Shown here: positions 38,119-47,966 of the stretch, piece by piece | Layout of the letters: every line of letters begins with the position of its first letter | Numbering within the stretch: the first letter of the stretch is position 1 | From: Candidatus Eiseniibacteriota bacterium | GTDB taxonomy: Bacteria > Eisenbacteria > RBG-16-71-46 | DNA length: 64,000 nucleotides | Assembly (NCBI GenBank): GCA_041483195.1 | Contig: JBGPFC010000004.1 | Span: 1-64,000, forward strand | Direction: 5' to 3' | Program-made: the position numbers and the translations under genes | Notes under the pieces: generated by a model | The model's database searches: none | Told to the model about the DNA's origin: nothing | The model's input: the letters and a program-made list of their open reading frames with translations, nothing else

Positions 38119-40317
38119 TCACTCAGCAAGGATCTCGTCCGCGAGATCGTCGAGGCCCGCGCGTGCGACAGGACCAACTTTCGTCTTCGCTCGGTTAATG
38201 TGATCCCGCACCCGGCGCCTGATCACGCGCTCCGGGAGATCCCGAATCCCCTCACGCACTGCCTCAGCCTCGTCCAGAATTTCCGGCGTCATGTAACGCA
38301 CAATACCAGCATCCATAATAAGGGGCAGGCGCTCTTCTGTGGCTTTTGTGACCCGTCGCCTAACTGGGCCAAACGCCAAGTAGTTCACGAGAAAGTCTGC
38401 GCTCAGAACCGGCGAGTCAGGCGCCGTCCCTTTCATGAGCGATCCGAGGCGCGGTCTGAGATCAAACGCGCGCCGATCGATAGTCAGCCACCACGCATCA
38501 TATCCGAATGGGGATGCCTTCTGCATCGACCGCAACTGTGTGATCCCACAATAGCATTCTACGTCGTGCTCCACCAAATGCGTGATAGCCATCTCATCAA
38601 TCAACATGTCCTTCGGTCTCCGACGCGCCTCATGAGCCTCATACCAGACCTGCTGCAGGGCGTTTCTTAGGTCCGCACCTGCTCTATCCCGCTCCTCGTG
38701 CAAGTCGCGACGCTGCACCCCAAACTCATCTTCGAGATAGCTCGCGATATCGTTCTCCGGCTGTTCGTCCCCACGAAAGTTTTCCAGCCAGCCCGCAAAC
38801 TCTCCCCGCGTGCGACCGCTGGCTGCGAAGCGGTCGAGCAAGTAGGGTACTCTTCCAATCCACTGCCCAGCCTTCATTCGTGCGCACGCCACAGCACGGT
38901 TCATGTGCCGCTCGATTTCTTCGATTACGCCGGCGGTCACGTAAAGCTCGATACCTGCCTCGCGCGCCGCTCGCATCATTCTCGTAAACCGTCCGCCTCC
39001 TTCTTCGTCAAGAGACTCTGCCAAGAGCGGCAACGCTATTGTCGTGTCGAGCCAGAGCCTTCCGCCAGAAAACATCTTCCCAACCGCCGCTTCGACATCT
39101 GGCGTTTGTCGCAAGAACGCGAGGAGTGTATGCGCATCGATCAGCGTGCGCAGATGCCCCCGAATCGCCGGGTCATCGCTAAGAACCACCTCGCTGACAC
39201 CACCCTCAAGTGCCGCCATCCAGTCCACGCCGTCGCGCTTTGGTAATGCGTTTGCCGCCAAGTCAGCCAGTGCTGCTGTCTTGAGATCGTCGCTTGGGGG
39301 CATCGTCGGCCCGCCGCTCTGCACGGCCAAGGCAAACGCCTGACTGCGCTGGAAGAGGACAGCTTCTGACGTTCTCCTCATAGCGGCAGCGAGGAGTCGG
39401 CTGTCCTCAGGTGCAGCAGTGCTGTCCTGCAAGGTCGCGTCAGCAAGATTCTGTATCGCATCCTGGAGCCTAGCTTCAGCAAGTGCCGCTGCAATCTTGA
39501 ATTCGGCCAAGCGCAAGAGCTCCTCATGACTCAGGCAGAACTCGTCGTCCTTCGGGTAATGCCTTATGGCCTTTTTTGCCAAGCGCCTCAGAGCTGACTC
39601 AACGTAGGGCGCAATATCCTTCGCGTCGTGCCCCGGGAGCACGGCGCACACTCGCTCCCGCACCGCAGCACGGCTAAGCCGGTGGTTCGGGTCGGTGTGC
39701 GCCAACGCCGAGCGCACAAGTGCCTCAAAGGCCAGCTTTGTTAGGCCCTTCTCTCTGATGTCGTCCTGCCACTGGAGGCCGAGGTAGGTGAGTGCCGCTA
39801 CGGCCTCGGTGCCCGTGAGATCAGTTGCCCCTCTCGGACGGAGACCGTAATCGACGAGCAGTGGCTCGACTATCACCCGAGCCAGTTCATCTGCCGCGGC
39901 CTCCCGGGCATGATCTGTGTTGACGCGCTCGATGAACCAGCGCAGATCGCGAACATCCAGTCCTAGCGAGAACTCCTTGCGAAGCCTGCGCTTCAATTCA
40001 TCGGCAGCTGCACCTATGTTCTGGTTGCACATGTAAACTAGCGCGATCGCTTGTGGATGCGTCTTCTTCAGACGCTGCGCTGTCTTTACAATCTTGTTCT
40101 CCCAATTCGCGGCGACCGAGTACTGTACGGCGACCTGCGGCTCGTGTTCAGGGGAGAATAGCTCGCTGTCACGACCTCCATCGCCGCTAGCCGCTGCCGT
40201 CGTGCGAAGTTCGGAGAATTCCGCGGCCAAGAATACGGACGACAAGTGCTCAAAACGCTCCCAATCAGAGGGCTGAAGCCTCTCCAACGCCAGCTGAAAG
40301 CGCCCGCTGTTCATCAT
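38119..40317 (-). CDS. Large hypothetical protein: N-terminal PD-(D/E)xK REase-like domain plus C-terminal PIN-like domain
   Basis: WERFE...GDGGRD...QYS; LWLDTTIAL...YVTAGVIEEI...EHDVE; SD GGAGG. Confidence 0.6.
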   Translation of the reverse strand: MMNSGRFQLALERLQPSDWERFEHLSSVFLAAEFSELRTTAAASGDGGRDSELFSPEHEPQVAVQYSVAANWENKIVKTAQRLKKTHPQAIALVYMCNQNIGAAADELKRRLRKEFSLGLDVRDLRWFIERVNTDHAREAAADELARVIVEPLLVDYGLRPRGATDLTGTEAVAALTYLGLQWQDDIREKGLTKLAFEALVRSALAHTDPNHRLSRAAVRERVCAVLPGHDAKDIAPYVESALRRLAKKAIRHYPKDDEFCLSHEELLRLAEFKIAAALAEARLQDAIQNLADATLQDSTAAPEDSRLLAAAMRRTSEAVLFQRSQAFALAVQSGGPTMPPSDDLKTAALADLAANALPKRDGVDWMAALEGGVSEVVLSDDPAIRGHLRTLIDAHTLLAFLRQTPDVEAAVGKMFSGGRLWLDTTIALPLLAESLDEEGGGRFTRMMRAAREAGIELYVTAGVIEEIERHMNRAVACARMKAGQWIGRVPYLLDRFAASGRTRGEFAGWLENFRGDEQPENDIASYLEDEFGVQRRDLHEERDRAGADLRNALQQVWYEAHEARRRPKDMLIDEMAITHLVEHDVECYCGITQLRSMQKASPFGYDAWWLTIDRRAFDLRPRLGSLMKGTAPDSPVLSADFLVNYLAFGPVRRRVTKATEERLPLIMDAGIVRYMTPEILDEAEAVREGIRDLPERVIRRRVRDHINRAKTKVGPVARAGLDDLADEILAE

Positions 40318-40698
40318 GTCGTCCCTCCAATCACAGCTAGATCCTGCGCCCTCGGCCACTCCATAGATATTCGAGGACGTAGTGGGGATCCTTGTCATGA
40401 GTCATTGGCCCTACCGTCGCGAGATGGTTTCGCCCCTCGCCTACGAAGAGTTCCGCGCGACGCAGATCGCGCTGCGATGGCATCCGCGCCCCGAATGATT
40501 CGACAGCGGTCCCAGTCTTCACCATAGCAAAGCGCGGGAGAGGTTCCCAGTCCGTCGGGCCTTCGCCTTCGAAACTTCGCGATGAACCAACTGATCGCTG
40601 CTCGGAGTTGTGTAGGTCGTGCTCGTCCGCGATTGCAAGACTGTCGGATTCAAGCCTTGTCTCAAGGCTGCCGCGTACGACTTCCATCTTCTACCCCT

Positions 40699-41008
40699 CC
40701 CCCCGCTTCTTCGCCAGCACGCCCTCCCACGCCTTCATCCGCCTCGCGATCTCCGCCTCGAATCCCTCCTGCGTCGGCTCGTAAAACCGACGCCCCGCGA
40801 GTTCATCCGGCAGGTGCGCCTGATCGGTGATCCGATCCGGGTCGTCGTGTGCGTACTGGTAGCCCGCGCCGTAGCCCAGGTCCTTCATTAGCCGCGTCGG
40901 CGCATTGCGGATCACGAGCGGCGGCGGCAGGCTGCCGCACTTCTCGACCTCCTCGTTCGCGCGTCCGAAGCCCGCGTACACCGCCTCGCTCTTGGGCGCG
41001 ACGGCCAG
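40699..41008 (-). pseudogene. Duplicate 3' fragment of rarA (direct repeat of 43560-43869)
   Basis: About 310 bp, colinear at constant offset 2861; encodes LAVAPKS...GYQYAHD...LAKKRG. Confidence 0.9.
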
Positions 41009-41039
41009 CCCTTGCGAATCGCGCCCACTGCCAGCGCGG

Positions 41040-41942
41040 CTAAGCACGGTCCTTTGGCCGCCTGATGTGTCGGTCGATTGAATCTTGGAGGGACCTCGTC
41101 ATGCCTGCCTCCATCGCCACCGCCTGAACCAATCTGTTGCCGCGCTGGACCAGCGCACGCGCCAGATCCAGCCTCTCGGGCCCGAGCGTGTCACCATCCA
41201 TGTCACCCAGCAGGGAAACTAGCTTTTCCTGGTAAGCGACTACCTCTTCGGCAAGACCCGTCGTAATTCTCGGCCTTCTTGTGGCCTCGGAAACCTCCGC
41301 CAAGAGCGGCCTCAGCTCTCCGCTAAGGACCTCGCGCAGGACGTTCAGCGGAACCCCGCCCCCCCCGTCGCCGATCCTCTTCTCGACGCTCGCGACCGAG
41401 ATTCGAAGCTCCCCTACGGCTGCCAACACATCCGCGAGCTGCCGCTGCTCAGGATTGCCGCTTCGTCTCAGGAATTCGAGGTCCAGGGCGACCGAAATGG
41501 GGCTGTCCACTTCAGCCCCGGGCTGTTGCAGGCTCTTCATCTGCCGCTCAATCTCTCCTCTTGCCGCCTCCACGCTATCCAGATCGCGGTGGTCTACCTC
41601 CACGCTTCTGATGGCGGCAACATCGAATGGAATTCTTTCCCCTCGCTGTATTAGTTGGACGTATGGCTTTCTCAAGACATGGCGAATCGCCAATTCATAG
41701 AACACATTAGGATTGCGCTCCGTTAGGTCGGCGATCACGATTGGATCATCGACAATGTGTTGAATCACTTGTGTCGTTATCAGTCCCGGCTCACTAATCT
41801 GATCCGCGCGGATGGCATTATATCCACAGGCCCGCGCAGCTGGCTGGACAACGTACCGGAGGATTTGGTCCGATCGTCGCCGTGTATCTGAGTCCACGTC
41901 ACCAATCGGAGCTATGAATAGGCAAATCTTCTTGTCGTCCAT
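41040..41942 (-). CDS. Nucleoside 2-deoxyribosyltransferase-like / TIR-like domain protein
   Basis: CLFIAPIG, IRADQISEPGLIT, IADLTERNPNVFYELAIRH and IPFDV; helical C-terminus. Confidence 0.7.
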   Translation of the reverse strand: MDDKKICLFIAPIGDVDSDTRRRSDQILRYVVQPAARACGYNAIRADQISEPGLITTQVIQHIVDDPIVIADLTERNPNVFYELAIRHVLRKPYVQLIQRGERIPFDVAAIRSVEVDHRDLDSVEAARGEIERQMKSLQQPGAEVDSPISVALDLEFLRRSGNPEQRQLADVLAAVGELRISVASVEKRIGDGGGGVPLNVLREVLSGELRPLLAEVSEATRRPRITTGLAEEVVAYQEKLVSLLGDMDGDTLGPERLDLARALVQRGNRLVQAVAMEAGMTRSLQDSIDRHIRRPKDRA

Positions 41943-42047
41943 TGATCCACCTCCGAGACCTCTACGCCACCAGGCGCATGTGACCGCAGGCCCTCAAGCA
42001 GATCGCACGCTGAACGACTTGCTGCGGGGTCTGCACCGGTTCGACGC

Positions 42048-43193
42048 CTACAAAAAACTGACGCTCACGAGCGTCACGTCGTCCTCCTGTCCAATCTCGG
42101 CAGAGAACTCCGTCCCCGCTGAAATAAGCTCGTCGAGAAGCACCTCACCCCCCATTGGCCAACGCGCAATCTGCTCAACGACTCGCGTCGCGCCGAAGAA
42201 GTCGTCTGGGCCTCTAAGATCCAGCATTCCATCCGTGAGGAGAAGAAGTCGCTCGGAGCCCACAAACGGCACTACTTGTTTTACGTGCGGAAGCGATCGC
42301 AGCTCAGGCATCGGTGAAATCATTGGTCCACTTTCCGTCAGAGGCACCGGTGGCCAATCGACTCCCCACTTGTATGGTGACGGGTGGCCCGCGTTCACGT
42401 ACTCGAGCACCTCGTTGTCGGGATCAATGCGCATCGCTACGAGTGTCACAAAATGAGTTTCAGTGCACTGGGCGAGTGACTCAGAGACGCGATGGACGAC
42501 GGCGTCTGGGGCAAAGTCTTCGGCGTTCGAGCTGTGAAACGCCGACTTCACGACAGCGGTCAGCATCGCCGGAGCGAGGCCGTGGCCGGCGATGTCCGCA
42601 AGAATCAACGCGACGCGCGAGCCGTCAAGGACTGCATAGTCTGCGAAATCACCACCGAGGCGAAATCGCGGTTTATAGCGGCAGGACAGTGAGAGCCGCC
42701 CGACGTTGGGGAACTTGGCTGGAACGAGGCCAGCCTGCAGGGCTCGCGCATCTTCAACTTCTCTCTTGTACCGCTGCCCGATGTGATATTCCTCGAGGAG
42801 CCATCGTTGGCTGAGACAGCGCTCCACAATGGCGCATAGCTCTTCGTCGCCAAACGGTTTCTGCAGATAGTAGAATGCGGTCTTCTGGAGTGCTTGCATG
42901 AGCCGATCGCCGAGCGTCTTGTAACCGGTCATGAGGATCACGTCTACGTCCGGAAGGAGCAGCTTCAGTTGATCGAGGAGTTCAAACCCAGCACTGTCGC
43001 TTTGGCCAAGAACCACATCGAGCATGATGAGCTTCGGGCGGAATTCTCTAGCGAGGTCTGGCGCTGCTCGCCAAGAGGCTGTGGTGGCGAGGTCATGCTG
43101 ATCCTGCAGCGCGAGATCAATTCGATGAAGTAGCTTTGGGTCGTCGTCGACGACCAGGATCCGCGTTCGGCGAGGACGACCATCCTGAATCAT
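42048..43193 (-). CDS. Receiver-domain + PP2C/SpoIIE phosphatase (RsbU-like)
   Basis: ILVVDDD, MLDV, YLQKPF; LGGDFAD, ADIAGHG, NAGHP, LLTDG and EDDVTLV. Confidence 0.85.
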   Translation of the reverse strand: MIQDGRPRRTRILVVDDDPKLLHRIDLALQDQHDLATTASWRAAPDLAREFRPKLIMLDVVLGQSDSAGFELLDQLKLLLPDVDVILMTGYKTLGDRLMQALQKTAFYYLQKPFGDEELCAIVERCLSQRWLLEEYHIGQRYKREVEDARALQAGLVPAKFPNVGRLSLSCRYKPRFRLGGDFADYAVLDGSRVALILADIAGHGLAPAMLTAVVKSAFHSSNAEDFAPDAVVHRVSESLAQCTETHFVTLVAMRIDPDNEVLEYVNAGHPSPYKWGVDWPPVPLTESGPMISPMPELRSLPHVKQVVPFVGSERLLLLTDGMLDLRGPDDFFGATRVVEQIARWPMGGEVLLDELISAGTEFSAEIGQEDDVTLVSVSFL

Positions 43194-43536
43194 CCGCGGA
43201 AACTCCTGTGGGCTTGCGCGGCGAGTGAAAGTTGCATCGCCTTCGCCAGTTCCTCTCGGGGGTGCGCACGCACATTCGCTGGCACGGAGATTGACGGCAG
43301 AGACGCGGAAAGCAGCCAACGAGGAGAGATTGATGAGTTGAGCGCTGGCAGGATAGCATACAAAGTCAAATCACGCTGGAAGATCCTCATGAACTTGGCT
43401 GCCGAAGCTCTCGAAATCGGGGAGATTTGATTCGAGCGCGAGGAGCGGGGATCCTTCACCTCGGTCGATGCGCGGCGATTGACTGTGCGGAACTCACACG
43501 CATTCGATGGTTGGTGAAAACTGAGTTCACGCCAGT

Positions 43537-44889
43537 CTAGGACTCGCGTGTTTTGGCGCCCCCCCGCTTCTTCGCCAGCACGCCCTCCCACGCCTTCATC
43601 CGCTTCGCGATCTCCGCCTCGAATCCCTCCTGCGTCGGCTCGTAGAACTTTCGCCCCGCGAGTTCATCCGGCAGGTGCGCCTGATCCGTGATGCGATCCG
43701 GGTCGTCGTGCGCGTACTGGTAGCCCGCGCCGTAGCCGAGGTCCTTCATCAGCCGCGTCGGCGCGTTGCGGATCACGAGCGGCGGCGGCAGGCTGCCGCT
43801 GGATTCGATCTCGGCGTTCGCCTTCCCGAATCCCGCGTACACCGCGTTGCTCTTGGGCGCGACCGCCAGGTACACGCAGCACTGCGCGAGCGCCAGCTCG
43901 CCCTCCGGGGATCCGAGCTGGTGATACGCCTGAAACGCCGCGACCGCGAGCGGCAGCGCGTGCGGATCGGCGTTGCCCACGTCCTCGCTCGCGAATCGCA
44001 CCAGCCGCCGCGCCACGTAGAGCGGGTCGTCGCCCGCGGCCAGCATGCGCGCGAGCCAGTAGAGGCCGGCGTGCGGGTCGGAGTCGCGCAGCGACTTGTG
44101 CAGCGCCGAGATCAGATTGAAGTGCTCCTCCCCCGCGCGGTCGTAACGCAGGTGGCGGCGCGCGAGCGCGGTGCGCACGTCCTCGGCGGTGATGCGCCCC
44201 GCCTTCGCGCCGGCCGCGGCCACCTCGAGCGTGTTGAGCGCGCGCCGCGCGTCGCCGTCTGCGGCCTGCGCCAGCAGCTCGAGCGCGTCATCGTCCGCCG
44301 CGATCTTGCCGCCGAAGCCGCGCTCGGGATCCGCGAGCGCGCGTTCCACCAGCTGCCGCAGATCGGCGGGCGCGAGTTCCTTCAGCACCACGACCCGCGC
44401 GCGCGAGAGCAACGCGGCGTTCACCTCGAACGATGGGTTCTCGGTGGTGGCGCCGATCAGCACGATGTCGCCCTTTTCGACGTGCGAGAGGAACGCGTCC
44501 TGCTGCGCCTTGTTGAAGCGGTGGATCTCGTCGACGAACAGGATGGTCGAGCGCTTGGTGCGGCGCCGCTCCTGCGCGGCGCGCTGCATGATCTCCTTGG
44601 CTTCCTTCACGCCCGAGAGCACGGCGCTCACCGCGACGAAGGGCGCGCCCGCGGTGCGCGCGATCAGGCGCGCGATGGTGGTCTTGCCGCTCCCGGGCGG
44701 GCCCCACAGCACGATCGAGGAGAGATGCTTCCCGTCGCGCATGAGCGCGAGCGCGCTGCCGGGGGCGAACAGCTGCGACTGCCCGAGCAGCTCGTCGAAC
44801 GTGCGCGGGCGCATGCGGTCCGCGAGCGGGGCGCCGGGGTCGGGCGCTCCCTGCGCGGCGGCCGCGTTGCCGAATAGATCGTCTGTCAT
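43537..44889 (-). CDS. rarA: Replication-associated recombination protein A
   Basis: PLADRMRP, WGPPGSGKTT, DEIHRFNKAQQDAFL, ATTENPSF, ISALHKSLR and ASEDVG motifs. Confidence 0.95.
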   Translation of the reverse strand: MTDDLFGNAAAAQGAPDPGAPLADRMRPRTFDELLGQSQLFAPGSALALMRDGKHLSSIVLWGPPGSGKTTIARLIARTAGAPFVAVSAVLSGVKEAKEIMQRAAQERRRTKRSTILFVDEIHRFNKAQQDAFLSHVEKGDIVLIGATTENPSFEVNAALLSRARVVVLKELAPADLRQLVERALADPERGFGGKIAADDDALELLAQAADGDARRALNTLEVAAAGAKAGRITAEDVRTALARRHLRYDRAGEEHFNLISALHKSLRDSDPHAGLYWLARMLAAGDDPLYVARRLVRFASEDVGNADPHALPLAVAAFQAYHQLGSPEGELALAQCCVYLAVAPKSNAVYAGFGKANAEIESSGSLPPPLVIRNAPTRLMKDLGYGAGYQYAHDDPDRITDQAHLPDELAGRKFYEPTQEGFEAEIAKRMKAWEGVLAKKRGGAKTRES

Positions 44890-45827
44890 TCGCGCTCGTC
44901 CGGGCCGCCCGCGCGCGCGTGCGGGGGACGCTCGGGCTCGAGCGACGGGGCGATCGCGGGGCGCGGGAGTTCCGGAAGCGAGACGACCTCGTCTCGCGGG
45001 GCCCACCGCATGATCGCGCGCGCCGCCTCCTCAACGTCGATCGGGCGCCCGAGCTTCGCGCCGAGCGATTCGAGCCGCGCGAACAGCTCGGCGAGCACCG
45101 GCGGCTCGATGTTGCTGCGCAGCAGCATCGCGGGATCGCGGAAGATCTCGCGCGGCGCGCCCTGCGCCACGATCTCGCCGCCGCGCAGCAGCACGTACAC
45201 CATGTCGGCCATCGCGGGCACCACGTTCACGTCGTGGGTCGCGATCACGAGCGTCACGCCGTGCTCGGTATGGAGCCGGTTCAGGAGCGCGACCAGGTCG
45301 CGGCGCGATGCGGGATCGAGCCCCTCGAACGGCTCGTCGAGCACCAGCAGCTCGGGCGAGAGCACCAGCGCGCCCGCGAGCGCCACCTTGCGCTTCTCGC
45401 CGCCCGAGAGGTGATGGCACACCTTGTCGCGCAGGTGCGCGATGCCCACCTTCTCGAGCGCGGCGTGCACCAGGCGATCGACCTCTTCGTCGGCGTAGCC
45501 GTAGTTGCGCGGCGAGAACGAGACGTCGTCCCACACGGTGGGCGCGATGATCTGCTCCTCGACGTTCTGCAGCAGCACGCCCACGCGCTCGCGGATACGG
45601 TTGAAGTGGCGGGCGGGATTGACGCCGAACACCGAGACCTCGCCCTCCTGCGGCTCGAGCAGCCCGAGGATGTGGAACAGCAGGGTGGTCTTGCCGCAGC
45701 CGTTGGGCCCGAGGATCAGCACGCGCTGGCCCCTCGCGACCACGAAGTCGAGCCCGCACAGGTGGACCTGGGTGCGATCGGGATAGGTGTGCCGCACGCA
45801 CGAGACGCGCACCACGGTCTCGCTCAT
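44886..45827 (-). CDS. cbiO: ECF Co/Ni transporter ATPase
   Basis: GPNGCGKTT, LSGGEKRKVALAG and LDEP motifs. Confidence 0.85.
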   Translation of the reverse strand: MSETVVRVSCVRHTYPDRTQVHLCGLDFVVARGQRVLILGPNGCGKTTLLFHILGLLEPQEGEVSVFGVNPARHFNRIRERVGVLLQNVEEQIIAPTVWDDVSFSPRNYGYADEEVDRLVHAALEKVGIAHLRDKVCHHLSGGEKRKVALAGALVLSPELLVLDEPFEGLDPASRRDLVALLNRLHTEHGVTLVIATHDVNVVPAMADMVYVLLRGGEIVAQGAPREIFRDPAMLLRSNIEPPVLAELFARLESLGAKLGRPIDVEEAARAIMRWAPRDEVVSLPELPRPAIAPSLEPERPPHARAGGPDERE

Positions 45828-46543
45828 CCCATCCTCCATAGGGTCACCGCGCCGGCGGCGAGCAATGCGCCCGCGAACACCACCCACGCGTCGTCGCGCG
45901 TCCACTCCGCCCAGTGGCGGCAGCCGCAGATGCGCCCCGAGTGCCCGCGCAGCAGCATGGTCGAGTAGAGCCGCTGGCTGCGCTCGAACGAGTAGAGCAC
46001 CAGGGTCGCGAGCCCCTCGCCCGCGAGCGGCAGGCGCTTGCGCGCGGGCAGGCCGTCGCCGCCGCGCAGGTGAAGCGCGCGGAACCAGCGCTGCGCGCGC
46101 GCGAGCAGCTCGAACAGCGCGCGATAGGTGAGGAACAGCCCATCGCCCACGCTGCGCGGCAGCGCGCGCGAGATGGGCGCGAACAGGTCGGGATAGGGCG
46201 TGGTGCCGATCAGCCACACCACGAACATGCTGGCGGTGAGCGGGCGCAGTATGAGGCGCAGCGGGGTCTCGAACGTCCCGTCCCAGCGCAGCCCGACGAA
46301 CAACCCAACGAACAGCAGCGGATAGCCGGCGGCCGCGATCAGCAGCCGGAACGGAATGCGGCTGGTGATCGCGAGCACCGCGCCCGCGGCGAACAGCCCG
46401 GCCTGCAGCCGCCAGCCCGGCGCGAACACCGCGAGCAGCACCGCGACCACCGCGAGGACCAGCTTCGAGAGCGCGCTCGCGCGGTGCCATGGCGAGCGGC
46501 CGGCGTTCGCGATGTAGTCGATCTGCGCGATGGTGTTGATCAC
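45824..46543 (-). CDS. cbiQ: ECF transporter T component
   Basis: Multi-TM, SPWHRASALSKL, LHLRG and MLLRG; lies between the S and A components. Confidence 0.8.
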   Translation of the reverse strand: MINTIAQIDYIANAGRSPWHRASALSKLVLAVVAVLLAVFAPGWRLQAGLFAAGAVLAITSRIPFRLLIAAAGYPLLFVGLFVGLRWDGTFETPLRLILRPLTASMFVVWLIGTTPYPDLFAPISRALPRSVGDGLFLTYRALFELLARAQRWFRALHLRGGDGLPARKRLPLAGEGLATLVLYSFERSQRLYSTMLLRGHSGRICGCRHWAEWTRDDAWVVFAGALLAAGAVTLWRMG

Positions 46544-47241
46544 GTCGTGCTCCGCGCGGCGGGCGTGGCGAGCGTGGGCGTCGGGGCCGCGGCGTTCGGC
46601 AGCAGGTCGGGCCTCACGCGCATGAGGAATCGTCCGATCCCGAACGCCACCGCGGACTCGATCACGATCGCGAGCAGCCACAGCGCAGCGCTGATGGCCG
46701 CGAACACGCCGATGCGCGCGACCCCCTGCACCAGCGCCGGGGTCGCCGACGGCGCGACCCGCAGCGCGAGCGCGATGAGCGCGAACCAGAGCGCGCCCGA
46801 CACCAGCTGGGTCGCGGCGGTCGCGATCGCGAGCGAGGCCGGCGCGCCGAAGCGAGCCGCGCAGCGGTCGTACACCGGCCGCGCGATCGCGGCGCCAGCG
46901 CCCATCACGATCATGTTGAGTCCCACCACCGTCAGTCCGCCCTGGCCGAGCATCGCGAGAATCACGACCACCACCGCGATCACCTGATAGCTGCCCGCGG
47001 GGCCGAGCAGCACGCCCACCGGACCCGCCAGCGTCAGACAATACTCCAGCGCGAACACCGGGAGCGGAATGCTCATCACGGCGAGCATCAGCCCGCCGAG
47101 CGCGCCCTGGAGCGCGATGCGCTTGGGCGAGCGGTCGCGCGCCGCGCGCGCGCTCCACACCAGCGCGATCAGCGCGAGCGCGAGGCCGGGCGCCCACAGC
47201 AGCGGCGGCAGCACGCCGTCTGGAATGTGGAGGTGCGACAT
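46540..47241 (-). CDS. cbiM: ECF Co/Ni substrate-binding component
   Basis: N-terminal MSHLHIPDG, LLGP and GGLTVVGLN. Confidence 0.8.
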   Translation of the reverse strand: MSHLHIPDGVLPPLLWAPGLALALIALVWSARAARDRSPKRIALQGALGGLMLAVMSIPLPVFALEYCLTLAGPVGVLLGPAGSYQVIAVVVVILAMLGQGGLTVVGLNMIVMGAGAAIARPVYDRCAARFGAPASLAIATAATQLVSGALWFALIALALRVAPSATPALVQGVARIGVFAAISAALWLLAIVIESAVAFGIGRFLMRVRPDLLPNAAAPTPTLATPAARSTT

Positions 47242-47243
47242 GG

Positions 47244-47966
47244 CTACTGCGCCCAGGCCAGCGTCGCGCCGGTCGCGCGCGCGCCGGCGTCCGCCAGCGC
47301 GTCGAGGCACGCCTCGAGCGTGGCCCCGGTGGTGAGCACGTCGTCCACGATCACGATGGTCCGTCCCTTCAGCGCGCTGGGCCGCCGCGCGCGAAACGCG
47401 CCGGCCACGTTCTCGCGGCGCGCGCGCTGATCGAGCCGCGCCTGCGGGCGCGTGTCGCGCACGCGCTCGAGCGCGCGATCGAGGCGCGGCGCGCCGATGG
47501 CCTCGGCGAGCGCGTCGGCGAGCAGCTCGGCCTGATTGTACCCCCGCTCGCGGCGGCGGGCCGGATGGAGCGGCACCGCGAGAATCAGGTCGGGCTTGAG
47601 CGCGGTCGGGAGCGCGCGCGCGATCTCGGCGCCGAGTCTCGCCGCGAGCCCGAGGCGCGCCTCGTACTTCAGCGCGTGGACCACGCGGGCGGCGCGCTCG
47701 TCGTAGAGCCACGCCGACCACACCGCGTGTCCGGGATGGCGCACGCACCCGGACGGATCGTCGCCGCGCACGAGGCAACGCGCGCAAAGCGGCGTCGCGA
47801 GCCGCGGGATCGCGTCGAGGCACGCGGCGCACAGGAGATCCGCCGGCGGCGCCGGCGCGTCGCATCCGGGGCAGCGCTGCGGAAACGCGAACGCCATGAG
47901 GTCGCGGGCGATCGCGGCGGCGGTCGAGTGCAGGCGCTTCGCCGCGGCGGCGGGGTGCAGGCTCAT
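47244..47966 (-). CDS. comF: ComF family amidophosphoribosyltransferase-like protein
   Basis: CPGC/CAAC/CARC zinc ribbon, VPLH, RGYNQAELLA and VDDVLTTGATL. Confidence 0.9.
   Translation of the reverse strand: MSLHPAAAAKRLHSTAAAIARDLMAFAFPQRCPGCDAPAPPADLLCAACLDAIPRLATPLCARCLVRGDDPSGCVRHPGHAVWSAWLYDERAARVVHALKYEARLGLAARLGAEIARALPTALKPDLILAVPLHPARRRERGYNQAELLADALAEAIGAPRLDRALERVRDTRPQARLDQRARRENVAGAFRARRPSALKGRTIVIVDDVLTTGATLEACLDALADAGARATGATLAWAQ

Noticed and set aside
40337..40687. 116-aa ORF between the rarA fragment and the REase-PIN gene
   Set aside because: No recognisable motif or convincing codon bias; may be a remnant.
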